A DNA stretch of 64,000 nucleotides from Octopus sinensis (lineage: Eukaryota), in contig NC_042997.1 in the NCBI RefSeq assembly GCF_006345805.1, positions 135,036,001 through 135,100,000 of the forward strand, read 5' to 3'. Of the stretch, positions 24,701 to 36,671 are shown piece after piece (positions within the stretch are counted from its first letter, which is position 1; the number at the start of each line of letters is the position of its first letter). Both the position numbers and the translations under genes were made by a program. Below the pieces are notes generated by a model that was not told the DNA's origin, did not search any database, and saw only the letters and a program-made list of their open reading frames with translations.

Positions 24701-26194
24701 CATTTTGTCCATAATTTACCAATTATTCATTATAAAGTATCAAATTCGTCCATAGTGCACTTACGACGAAGTAAGACTATTTCCGAAGTATATGATGCTT
24801 AATGATATTATCATAAAGCAGTAAAATAGGACAATGAGTTGTTAGTGTATCAAACAGAATGTTTGCAGTATATGTTCCGGAACTTGGTGTTTTGCATGCA
24901 AATCTCACAAATACAAACTTTGCCTTTCATCCTTTCGAAACAGAAAAAGTAGCATTCCAGAACTAGACACGGTTCCGCTCTGTCGCTATGTGTATGGTAC
25001 ATCCTTCTCTCTTGCTCTTTTTCTGTTTAAACACACACACAGCCACGCAAAGAGTGATATAACATCATGTGTGCGTGTTTAATTTTTTAATTGCTTTATA
25101 TTTATATTAGACATTTTAAAAGGTTATATTTCAGACCTCAGTGAAGCAAAGTGCACAAGAAAAAAGTGTTATTATCATATGTTATAGATACGCAATCGAT
25201 TTTTAGAGGGATGAGGTCTTCAATATACATCTGTTTGTAAATATCGTATCTTAGAAACATGAAGGTTAATAGTCACCGATGTCTTTCTTTGTATTGAGTT
25301 ACGTCATTTAAGCGTCACCGCGGCCTTTTATGTATAAGGGTAAATTGATATGGAATATTATCTCTATAGTTGTGTGATACTAATTGCGATTTGTCAATTA
25401 TGCTCAAGGACATAGTTTCCAGCAGGCCTGGGCCCAGAATATGCATGTACAGAATCAACTTCAAACTTTCAGGATTTCTTGTAACAACATTTGCTTATTT
25501 ATACATTACATTGTCGATATAAAGTGAACATTTTCGGGCGACAGATATATCTATTCAGAGCTTTTACAATATATTAGAATTTTAATCAATTCCAATAACT
25601 CTAATTCACTGTCAGTATTTGGACCCTACCTATTATCGAACGCCATTCTCATTCGAAATTGTATTACATATTGAATCACTGAGTATTACAAGACCTATTG
25701 GTATCTATCTGCAAACCAGGAAGATGTCTGGATAAGTTACCTTAGCTACACTGAAATGTAGTTATATTACGTTTTGATTGATCGAGTGATTGACTGACCT
25801 GTCTATGAACCTGTATCAGGTTTCAGTACTATCTTGTATAAAATGTTTTCATCTAGAAATTTTCGTGAATCATAAAAGATGAATTATTTGTATGTGGTGA
25901 CTTTGTATACATAGACTATTCTCTTTCCAGCCAGGCATATATCAAGTGTTGATCAGTTTGCATATTTTACAGCACATAACTATTGATCTCTTTTGAATAA
26001 CAACTAGGTCCTTCTGTGATATTTGACACTGAGCCAATCTATTAAAGTCATTTCATACATTGACAGAAAGGAAAGACAGTGTTAATCATGAAAAGATTTT
26101 AAGATGCCACCTAAATTGTTGGATGTAAATAAAGCATTATATTATGACTTAGTGTGAGTTGCACTTTTGTAAATCAATATTAACATTTAACAAA

Positions 26195-26410
26195 AGAGGT
26201 GAGCTGGCAGAATCATTTGCACGCCGGGTCAAATGCTTAGCGGCATTTAATCCGTCTTTACGTTCTGAGTTCAAATTCCGCCGAGAACGATTTTGCTTTT
26301 CATCCTTTCGGAGTCGAGGAAATAAGTACCAGTTAAGCACTGGTGTCGATGTAATCGATTTAGTCCCTGCCCAAAACTTGCTGGTTTTGTATCAAAATTT
26401 GAAACCAATA
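26195..26410 (+). mobile_element. Family A SINE
   Basis: gagctggcagaatc...ttacgttctgagttcaaattccgccgag...aataagtaccagtt...aaatttgaaacc. Confidence 0.9.
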
Positions 26411-26424
26411 TCAACACATACATT

Positions 26425-26597
26425 AAGGCGGCAAACTGGTAGATTTTGTTTACCGCACCGTGCAAAATGATTAGGGTAATTTCTTTTTCAACTTTAGGTT
26501 ACGAGTTCAAATACAACAGGATCGACTTTACCTTTCATCACTTTGGGTCGATAAAAGAAGTACTAGTGGACACAGGGGTCAATGAAATCGACTTTGA
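26425..26597 (+). mobile_element. Family A SINE (older, tandem)
   Basis: ggcggcaaactggtag...gagttcaaat...gactttacctttcatc...gggtcgataaaa. Confidence 0.7.
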
Positions 26598-27412
26598 GAG
26601 AGACTGGTACAGATTCAAAATCGTGTTACATTATACAGAGACGAAACTCCGTATAAGGGTCATGTTACCTTATAGAGAGACATGTTACCTTATACAGAGA
26701 CGAAGATAAATGTTATAAACCAAATGCTTAATTTATTGTTCAACTCTCTCTCCATCTCTCCTCCTCTCTCTCCCTCCGTCTCTCACTCTCTCTCTTTGCT
26801 GATATTGTCATCTATTGTTTTGGTTGTTTTTAATGTTTTAAACCCATTAGCAGTAGCCTGCAATTTCAGAGATGTTGCCAGCTACACAAAATGTAACACT
26901 GTTCCTGACTAAGTTCCTCATCAATTTGCCATAAGCTCATCTTTTGCAAATATCTCTCATTGCTATAAGTTTGGACTACTGTTTGACTTCATCGTCAGCA
27001 TATCCTGTTTTACGAAACTCTAATTAGATGCACATATACATATAGGCATATATAGATATTTTCTCTTTATATCTTTCTTTCTCTCTCTCTCTCTCTCTCT
27101 CGCACACACGCACACACATCCACGCATACAATTTTCATATTCAATCACAAACACATGCACATAATTACACAAACACACACACACACACACACTTGCACCC
27201 AGAAACACATATATGACGTTCATGCCTACTATCATACACGCGCACACTCACATTTGCTTGCGTGCGGGAAATTATATGTGTACAAGGACTTCTTAACGTG
27301 TTTTAACGTGTTTTAACATGTTTCATGCGAAGCAATAATCGAAATCATGTGGGCGAAAGGATTTATATTCATAATATTGAAAGGATTCATATTCATAAAT
27401 TCAAAATAAAGT

Positions 27413-27935
27413 AATTATTTTCCTTTAGGCACATGACCAGCAATTTTCGGGTAAGGGTTAGTTGAATACATCGACCCCACTAACACAACTAATACCTTAT
27501 TTCATCGACCCCAAGAAGATGTTAGACAAAGTTGACATAGGTAGTATTTGAACTCAGAACGTAAAGAGTCGGAATGAATACTGTAAACCATATTTTTCCT
27601 TGTTCAAATGATTCTGCAAGTTCGCCATCTGAGTAATAACTTTCATAAATTTGACACAAGGGCAGCAATTTTAGGGGGAACGAGTTCAACTGATCCCTAT
27701 TTTACCGACACCGAAAGGATGAAAGTCAAACTTGACCTCAGCGGTTTTTGAAATCACAGCGTAAAGAGCCGGAAGAAATGCTACTTTATATTTTGTCCGA
27801 CTCGATAAGAGTTCTGTCAGATCGCCTCCCTAATGAAAGTAATTCTTTCTACTATAGGCACAAGGTTTGGAATATTCGAGAATGCTACATTTTATCCTGA
27901 CTACTCTGACTAATCTGCCAGCTCGCTGCCTAATG
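27413..27935 (-). mobile_element. Cluster of three tandem family A SINE copies or fragments
   Basis: Units at about 27413-27630, 27631-27830 and 27838-27935, each with acaag...aattt tails and gaactcagaacgtaa or ctgccagctcgc heads. Confidence 0.75.
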
Positions 27936-28014
27936 ACAACTGTTTCAAATAATAAAAACACCGTTTATAATGCACCTCTACTCTTTAAAATGAGAAACTG
28001 GAAACACTCTGGAT

Positions 28015-28186
28015 AATTATTTTACATTATTTACATTTGACGGATATTTTTCCTCATCTTGTTTGTTAACGCAATGTTTCGGCTGATATACCTTCCAGCC
28101 TTCATCAAGTATCTTGGGGAAATTTCGAACCGAGGTTCTCATTCCTAAGGTATTTTTCGATAATGTTGTTGCTATCATTATTATTA

Positions 28187-28238
<52 letters not shown>

Positions 28239-28366
28239 CATTATTATTAATATTATTATTATTATTATTATTATTATCATTATTATTATTATTATTATTC
28301 AGGTCACTGCCTGGAATCGAACTCCGAATCTTGGTGTTAGCAGCCCGCGCTCTTAACCACTACGCC
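28015..28366 (-). mobile_element. Composite retroposon: tRNA-like head + (AAT)n + hammerhead-bearing PLE-like tail
   Basis: Head 28366-28300 (GGCGTAGTGG A box, AGTTCGATTCC B box, CT-GCT-AA anticodon-like loop), (AAT)n 28299-28175, tail 28174-28015 shared with 12832-12977. Confidence 0.75.
28068..28113 (-). ncRNA. Minimal hammerhead motif (decayed copy)
   Basis: gatac-TTGATGA-a.ggctg.gaaggtatat.cagcc-GAAA-ca-T-T-gcgtt. Stem II is a perfect 5 bp; C3>U and stem I/III point changes relative to the 12.8 kb copy. Confidence 0.5.
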
Positions 28367-29799
28367 GTAAGTATTTGACAATGTGCATGTGTAGATGTTC
28401 ATGTTTGAATGCGAGATCTATGTTTGTGTAGACATTCAGCAATTCGAAACACTCATAACATTTGCGTATGTAATAGATATATATATCATATTCAAGATAT
28501 CAGAAACACCACATTTCGGACAAAATCCATCCTTTCAACGAAGATAATAACGTTAAATTAACTCTCGTGGTGCAGCGGTTTCTAAGTTTATCATTAATCA
28601 TCCACTTCCATCAAATCTATGGCTAATAGCAGTTATTCTTTAGCAAATCACTTTTAGCTGGATCTCGGTTAGTAGATATATATTTTTGTTTGTATATAAC
28701 ATTATGAAGTTTTTTTTCATATGATAAGAGTACTCTACATGCTTACATCTTTTTCATCGTTTTTCGTGGTTAAACGTTATTGGTGATAACGTTGTAAACC
28801 TTTTTTTTCTTCCTTTTTCATATATAGATCTCTATATTTCAATCTACCACTCTGTAACTAGAATAGATTCAATTAACATTAACCCTGATCGCAAAGCTGA
28901 CTTACGTGCATACAGCAGAAATCCATACAAGTGTCATTACTTTCAATATTAATATTTCTTTCAGATGGTTTATATTTTCTGAGAGTTGTCACTGCATTCC
29001 AAGCACAGCTGTAAACGCCTTGGCTTCGAGAAAGAAATCCATACAATATGTGCGTGTGTGGGTGGGAAATCTCTGGTAATTTCTTTCCTTCTATTTTACT
29101 GATATTTGCGATCATCCATTTGTTACATTATTTACATTTTGTTATGTTTGGACTATTTCTTGAGTTTTTACGGCTTCGCATGATTGTCCACTTTTGTTTG
29201 TTTTGAACATCTTTGTTTGTGGTTATTCTTTCTATCTCTGCTTCTTACCAAACTACATCTATAGCTGATGCTGTCGGCATTACATTTGGTACCTATTTTA
29301 TGTTTACCACGTTTCTAAAGTAAGGGTCAAAACGTTACTTTTGTCCAAAAGGTCATTACTTTTATAGCACTTTTTAAGATTCAGCTGGAAACTCTTGTTT
29401 CAGACATAGTTAGATTTTAGTTGTTTTTTTATGCTATACTGCAATATTTGTCTTTCCATTTTTTTCCCCGTTTCGTTGCTAATTTTAATAGAGACCAAAT
29501 GTTTGTTTCTCTTATCTATTTTGTCTTTTCCTGTTGATTACCTGCATTTTAGTAGCTCTAAATAAATGGTTTTGAGAGAATACCTACTTTCTACTGTAAA
29601 CAAAATTCCATATATTTCATTTAATTTGGTAATTGTGTTCATTTTTATTAAGCCTCGGACGCCGATATTTTCTTTTGTATTTTTTGATTTAAAAAAAAAA
29701 TTCATATTTGACTATTTATTAACATACACTTTAAAAAAAGAAAAATGAAGAGAAAAGATGGGGAAAAGCAGCCGAAGATGGAAGGGGTGGGGCGTTGGG

Positions 29800-30030
29800 C
29801 CACATATCTCAAAACACCGAGAATGTTCAACGACACTTGCTGCAGTAGCCACCCAACCTTGCGGTGCTCATTTCTCCAGCGGGCGGCGGCTATTCTTATT
29901 TTGCGGAGGAAATCGGTAGTTCGGATTCCTAGAACACCTAACGTCTCGACGGCAACCAGAACAAACTGATAGCGGCCGGCCAGGCTCCTGTACTCCTCGA
30001 TTTTTCTTTCCTTCGCTTGTGGCACATGTT
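29800..30030 (-). pseudogene. CRE-clade non-LTR retrotransposon, C-terminal endonuclease-domain fragment
   Basis: KERKIEEYRSLAGRYQFVLVAVETLGVLG...FLRKI...LLQQVSL resembles the CRE motif K..KY..L...Y.F.P.AVETLG..G......LLQR.S. Confidence 0.75.
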
Positions 30031-30439
30031 GTATAATCAAGTTTCTCTATGTGAACAAATTTCGTTGATCCATAGGAATATCTTTTATCATCATATTTAT
30101 TTCTATATTTATTCTCGCAGGCTCATGACCTTCTACTCTAGAGTATATAAAACTACAGACACCTTTATATACGCTGTAAAGTATACATTAAGAATATCAA
30201 TAAAACAACAACAACAACAGCACGTATAACCGCAAGAGAAACTGTAGAAACAGAAATATCCATATGCCTAACATCATCAGCAAATTTAACAGTAGTATCA
30301 ACGGGGGAGGAGGATCGAAGAATAATAATATCCGAAGGATATTCCAACCCAATATTCCCTCTTCCAATGATCCTATTTTCCCCACTCCTGCATGCACAAA
30401 CACGGACGTACACACTCAGGAAAACATGCTGTTGAGACG

Positions 30440-30610
30440 TCCAAGTCGAAGTTTTCCGGCAATATCCGTTGTCTTCACTTTCTCAGGTCAAATTTCACCG
30501 AGGTTCACTTTGCCTCAGCGAAATAAGTACCAGTTGAGTACTGGGGTCGATGTAATAAACTTACCCTCCACCCCGAAATTGCTGGCCTTGTGGCAAAATT
30601 TGAAATCAGT
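30440..30610 (+). mobile_element. Family A SINE (internally deleted)
   Basis: aataagtaccagttgagtactggggtcgatgtaat...gaaattgctggccttgtggcaaaatttgaaa. Confidence 0.8.
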
Positions 30611-33218
30611 ATCTTTAGTTTGATTGCATTTACCCAGACCATCAAAAGATAATTGTGTTCCGTTAAGTTTTGCATTTTATGTTTTATTTGCCCCGTAGGA
30701 AATATCTACACGTTTTTTCTGGACAATATTACATAAACCGCACTAAAGGAGTATATGATTTCTTTTTATGACAACCTCACTACAAGATCGTTTCCGTGTT
30801 AAGCCATTGTTGTTACAACAGAAGCAAAAACTTCATAATGTCATGTTTAAAAACGTGGTATTCAATGATGGATTCATAGATATGTTGTTGTTTGAAGGAG
30901 TAAAAGTGAGAGAAATGCAAATGATTCGAAGAGCGATAACAACTCTACAATATATATGAAAAGACAACAATAGCGTCATGGAAACAGCCACCAATGTTGC
31001 CGCCATAGAAACCAAAAGCATTGACGTCACTGTCAGTGTAACTATTACCGCTGCAGTTTTGACGTCACTGCATAGATAAAAACGATTCACATTGCCATTT
31101 ACAGCAGAAGCAGCTACAGGTATCAAGAAGCAGCATAAGAGGCATTATAAACAAAAACAACGGAGATAAATGAACACAAAAGATAACATGAACAACGCTG
31201 GACTTATTGTTCGCTGAAAGTACTAAGAGGTGACTGCAGGTAGCCTGTCTAACTCACAAAAACTATTCATAAAAGATCGAGCAGAAATAACAATTCTCTT
31301 GAGCCTTGGTGGGACACTACTACCAGAGCGTTGTACCTGTCCCGAAAAACGACTGACCTGACTAAAGCACATACACTTTTGCTTCCAGTATTTCGCAAGC
31401 TGGAAGATCCATGTTATAAAAATTCACATCATGGAGATCTCTGTACACCATGGCTAACGATGCATAGGAATGTACTGAGGCAAATGTATCTACAGCCGTA
31501 TCTACGGCTGTATAGTTATGTATTGAAGCTGAAGTACTTGCAAGCCTTATTAACGATACTTCAGAAGACATTGCTGAAACTTCGAAACAACTGTAACGGT
31601 GAATAGATGTGCTCCCCAGTTTTGCTCCATACGCAGCTCATCTTTTAAGCTAGGTGATGAGAAAATTGAGCTGGAGCTTTGTAATGCACTCGGTACACTC
31701 AACTTGCTAGACAATATTCTTGACGGAAATTTGACTGCTGCAGTGTATAATGAGTTAGTGCGTATAATCTCGACGATAGATTGCCATCTATTTTCAGTTT
31801 CATTCGTTTTCAAATTTTTGTATAGTGCATTATCTTTGCAATCTTTCATCCTACATAAGCCTGACCTTCCTACTTCAATATAAGCGTTTCTGTGGCATTT
31901 TTCACATACCATGCTATGTTGTTTTCTTCTGCTCTAATGTTCTGTTCGCATCCAATAAGTCCTCTTCCCCCTCTTTTTCTTCGTACATACAGTCTGTCTG
32001 TGTCACTTTTTTGGTGGAGTGATCCATATCTAGTTAGCAACTTCCTTATCTATCTGTCTAAGTTGTTTAGTTCGTCTACTATCCATGCGGTTACCCCTGT
32101 ACCACATCTAAGGAATGAAACCGCCCAGGTGTGTGTGTGTAATATACACACACATATACTGATATTCACGTCGTTGAATTTTTCAATTTCTGAATTCAGT
32201 TGTGTTGTTGCAATAAAAGGTGTGTTTACGCATCTGGGTAATATATTAAAGTTTTTTAAATTTTCTTGAGATGTTCGTTTGTCCGTCCAGTTGGAGTAGG
32301 ACTTTTGCAATGAAAAGGATGTTTACCTTTTCGAATACTCAGGGAGAGTAAAAAAGAAAAGAAAACCAGTTGTAGATAGTGAATTTTAAAGATTTACTAA
32401 ATATGGTCTTTTGTATGATCGCACAGAAATGAGAGAGGAAAGCATAAGTCGTCACACATTAGTTGGTAGATATTAAAGATTATTTTTGCTTTTCAAAGCT
32501 GATCTTTTTTGTGAGTTCGAAAACTGTAGGTATGTCAGTTTCCTAACTTATTTTATTTCACAGGAAATTGTAGATATCCCAGTCTTTGGGAATATTAGGA
32601 GGAAGAGATGTTCACCTTGTTGGATTTTTGAATTTGCGAATTTCTTTTTCTTTTTCTTTCGGAATTTTTCTTTTCTTTTTAAAAGCTTTGCTGTGACTTA
32701 CAGTTTTTGTAGTTGTGCAATATGTATATATTGGGAGCTGCTTACTACCTTAATTTTTTTTATCGTGTATTTAATTGTGTTGTTACAATAAAAGGCATGG
32801 CTACATATTCTGTTAGTCAGGGAAGAAGGGAAGACAAAATGTTCACACAAAATTGGAGATATTAAAGTTTCTAAATTGTTTGAGGTGTTAGTTTGCATGT
32901 CCAAAGCTGTAGATATGTAAGTTCCTTAACTTATTTTGGGGGAAGTTCAAACTACTCACAGAAAACTCACAGATATTTTAGATTTATCTTTTCAGCTGTC
33001 CTGTTGGGTTGCATTAGTGTTTCAGTATCTTCAGCAGCTGACAGGTCAGAGCAGCGAAGAACACGTCCAGCTTCTGTCATGTGTAAAAGTCAGTGCATTA
33101 TTATTTTTTTTCTTCTTTCTTCAAATTTTCTTCCGTTTCTCGCCGAGTGTTTTCCACACACCTAGGGCAGAGAAGCTCATTGTATGCATTCCCAGATTAC
33201 ACACGCAAATTCACAGAT

Positions 33219-33268
<50 letters not shown>

Positions 33269-33280
33269 ATTATTATTATT

Positions 33281-33976
33281 AGGGAGACAGCAGTGCATGC
33301 TATCAAAGTGATACTGGGGTAAATTATACGAAGCCCAGTATACCCATCATGAGTACCCGTGTCATAAAGGTATATCAGGCATATGTTTCATAACCATGTG
33401 CGCATCATGGTGTTCACATATGAAGATAAAGAGCGCATGACCTTGCAGATGGGGCCCATTATCATTACTATTATTATAAGTGAGAGAGCAGTGCATGAAG
33501 TATATACCAGGTACATACTTCATAGCCATATATGCGTGATATGGTGTTCATATATGAGCATAAAGAGCGCATGGCCTTGCAAATGGGGCCCAGTTAGAAT
33601 TTTCTTCGAGTCGAGTAGCCGATTCCGCTCAAAAGGTCCCTGAATAAGGGTTGTTTAAGGAACACCCATGTTTGAACGAAACGACCATGTTTCCAGAAGT
33701 GAATTACTCAAACTCCAAAGAGCTCCTCTCAACACCTGGCTATGATGCTCCCCATGACTTCTGCTCGTGATCCGAGATGCACATATCGTTAGCTACCAAG
33801 GGATATGCTCAACTGGTTAAGGTCAAACAACTGACAAGCAGATCTGTGGCATTGTGCAGAATATTTGCTGCAGCCCATCTTTTATGCCAAGGTAAAACAA
33901 TGTATATGATAAAACTTCCACTCAGTTAAGATCAGAAGCCAGGAGAGCCACTGCCTGGTACAGCATCAGGGCATTT
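33281..33976. mobile_element. Non-coding interspersed repeat ('unit A', about 540 bp) plus a partial duplicate (33281-33457 and 33479-33976), flanked by (ATT)n
   Basis: Collinear with 35534-36065 (caaaaggtccctgaataagggttg...agccactgcctggtac...catcagggcattt). Confidence 0.85.
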
Positions 33977-34016
33977 ATTATTATTATTATTATTATTATT
34001 TATTATTATTATCATT

Positions 34017-34419
34017 CAGTAGTTTTATTTTTATAGCGTGCTTTCACTTCACTACCGAGCGCAGCTCTGTGTGCCTAGGGTATGTGCTGTGATTTGTTGT
34101 GATGCTCTGATGGTTATTGTATGGAAAGTGTTCTGCGTAGGATGTGTGCAGTGCCTAGTAGTGCAATTTTCTGTATGTTATATGTGTTTGTAAGTCCTGG
34201 TGTTTTTGTTATGTATTTGTCTGAATATTTTTTTATCATGCCTAATGCACCTACTATGGTAGGAATTGTTTCTGTTTTCAGATTCCACATTCTAGTTACC
34301 TCTATTTCCAGGTCTTTGTATTTTGAGAGTTTCTCCATTTCTTTTAGAGACACGTTGTCATCTGCCGGTATTGATACATCAATTAGAAAGCATTTTTTCT
34401 CTTCATGATCGCTGACAAC

Positions 34420-34421
<2 letters not shown>
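34017..34421 (-). mobile_element. Dong/R4-clade LINE 3' end (RLE domain + 3'UTR), 5'-truncated, within (TAA)n
   Basis: IVVSDHEEKKCFLIDVSIPADDNVSLKEMEKLSKYKDLEIEVTRMWNLKTETIPTIVGALG...ALLGTAHILRRTLS*, then a 3'UTR and (TAA)n. Confidence 0.9.
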
Positions 34422-34486
<65 letters not shown>

Positions 34487-34569
34487 GTTTTATTATTATT
34501 ATTGTTGTTATTATTATTATGTTGTTATTATTATTATTGTTATTATTATTATTGTTGTTATTATTATTC

Positions 34570-34611
<42 letters not shown>

Positions 34612-34721
34612 TTTATTATTTATTATTATTATTATCATTTATTATTATTATTATTATTATTTATTATAATTATTATTTATTATTATTTATTATTATTATT
34701 ATTTATTATTATTAATATTTA

Positions 34722-34759
<38 letters not shown>

Positions 34760-34882
34760 TATTATTATTTATTATTTATTATTTATTATTATTTATTATT
34801 ATTATTATTTATTATTTATTATTATTTATTATTTATTATTATTATTATTATTATTACTTATTATTATTTATTATTATTATTA

Positions 34883-34918
<36 letters not shown>

Positions 34919-35219
34919 TATTATTTTTATTTACTATTTCTTATTATTTTTATTTATTATCTTTATATTATTATTTATTATTATTATTTATATTTTATAT
35001 TTAATTATTATTATTTATTATCATATTTTTGTATTATTATTATTATTATTATCATTATTTATTATTTATTATTATTATTATTATTATTATTGTTATTATT
35101 ATTATTTTATTATTATTTATTATTATTTTATTATTATTATTATTTATTATTATTAATTATTATTAATTATTATTAATTATTATTATTATTGTTATTATTA
35201 ATTATCATTATTTTATTTA

Positions 35220-35251
<32 letters not shown>

Positions 35252-35280
35252 TTATTATTTATTATTATTTATTATTATTA

Positions 35281-35311
<31 letters not shown>

Positions 35312-35341
35312 ATTATTATTATTATTAATTATTATTATTTT

Positions 35342-35373
<32 letters not shown>

Positions 35374-35533
35374 TAATATTATTTTTATTTATTATTATTA
35401 CTTATTATTATTATATATTATTATTATATTATTATTAATTATTATTATTTATTATTATCATTATTATCATTAATTATCATTATTTTGTATTATTATTATT
35501 ATTATTATTATCATTATTATTATTATTATTATT
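34422..35533. repeat. About 1.1-kb degenerate (ATT)n microsatellite
   Basis: Direct reading; source of the poly-I/Y/L ORFs. Confidence 0.95.
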
Positions 35534-36065
35534 GAGTGAGAGAGCAGTAAAATATACAAAGCCCAGCATACCCATCATGACTATCCGTCTGATAAGGGTA
35601 CACCAGGCACATGCATCACAACCATATGTGCGCGACATGGTGATCTCATATCAAGATAAACAGCACATGACCTTGCAGGTGGGACCCAGTTAGAATTTTC
35701 TTCAGGTCGAGTAGCCCATCCTGCTCAAAAGGTCCCTGAATAAGGGTTGCTTTAGGATGCTGAAGGAAACATCCATGTTTCCAGAGGTGAATAACTCAAA
35801 CTCCAAAGAATCCCTCTCAACACATGGCTATGATGTTCCCCCACTACTTCTGCTCGTGATCAGAGATGCACGTATTGTCAGCCACTAAGGGACATGCTTA
35901 ACTGGTTAAGGTCAAACAACTGAGAAGCAAATCTGTGGTATTGAGCAGAATATTTGCTGTAGCCCATCTTTTATACCAAGACAAAACAATGTACATGATA
36001 ACACTTCCATTCAGTTAAGATCAGAAGCCATGAGAGCCACTGCCTGGTACTGCATCAGGGCATTT
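35534..36065. mobile_element. Second, better preserved copy of unit A, flanked by (ATT)n
   Basis: Collinear with 33479-33976. Confidence 0.85.
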
Positions 36066-36120
36066 ATTATAATAATAATAATTATTATTATTATTATTAT
36101 TTTTATTATTTTAATCATCA

Positions 36121-36197
<77 letters not shown>

Positions 36198-36372
36198 CAT
36201 TATTATTTTTATTATCATTATTTATTATTAATATTTATTATTATTATTATCATTATTTATTATTAATATTCATTATTATTATTATTATTATTATTATATT
36301 AGTATTATTATTATTATTATTGTTATTATTATTATTATTATTATTATTGTTATTATTATTATTATTATTATT

Positions 36373-36568
36373 CAGTAGTTTTATTTTTATAGCGTGCTTT
36401 CACTTCACTACCGAGATCAGCTCTGTGTGCCTTGGGTATGTGCTGTGATTTGTTGTAATGCTCTGATGGTTATTGTATGGAAAGTGTTCTGCGTAGGATG
36501 TGTGCAATTTTCTGTATGTTATATGTGTTTGTAAGTCTTGATGTTTTTGTTATGTATTTGTCTGAATA
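36373..36568 (-). mobile_element. Second Dong/R4 3' end, shorter
   Basis: Near-identical to 34017-34230 except for a 15-nt deletion between gtgca microhomologies. Confidence 0.9.
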
Positions 36569-36600
36569 TTATTATTATTATCATTATTATTATTAGTATA

Positions 36601-36671
<71 letters not shown>

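Noticed and set aside
28300-28366. Possible tRNA-Ser(GCT) gene
   Set aside because: No acceptor stem or Ser-type variable arm, and it runs straight into (AAT)n; treated as a SINE head.
31491-31512. 10-bp perfect inverted repeat tacagccgta-tc-tacggctgta
   Set aside because: Explained by a 12-bp tandem duplication of a near-palindromic unit; too short to support a function.
34405-35156. 199-aa and 144-aa ORFs
   Set aside because: Degenerate (ATT)n giving poly-I/Y/L; not genes.
35534-36065. HDV-like ribozyme in unit A (expected for some R2/R4 5' ends)
   Set aside because: I could not build the nested double pseudoknot by eye; this needs a structure-descriptor search.
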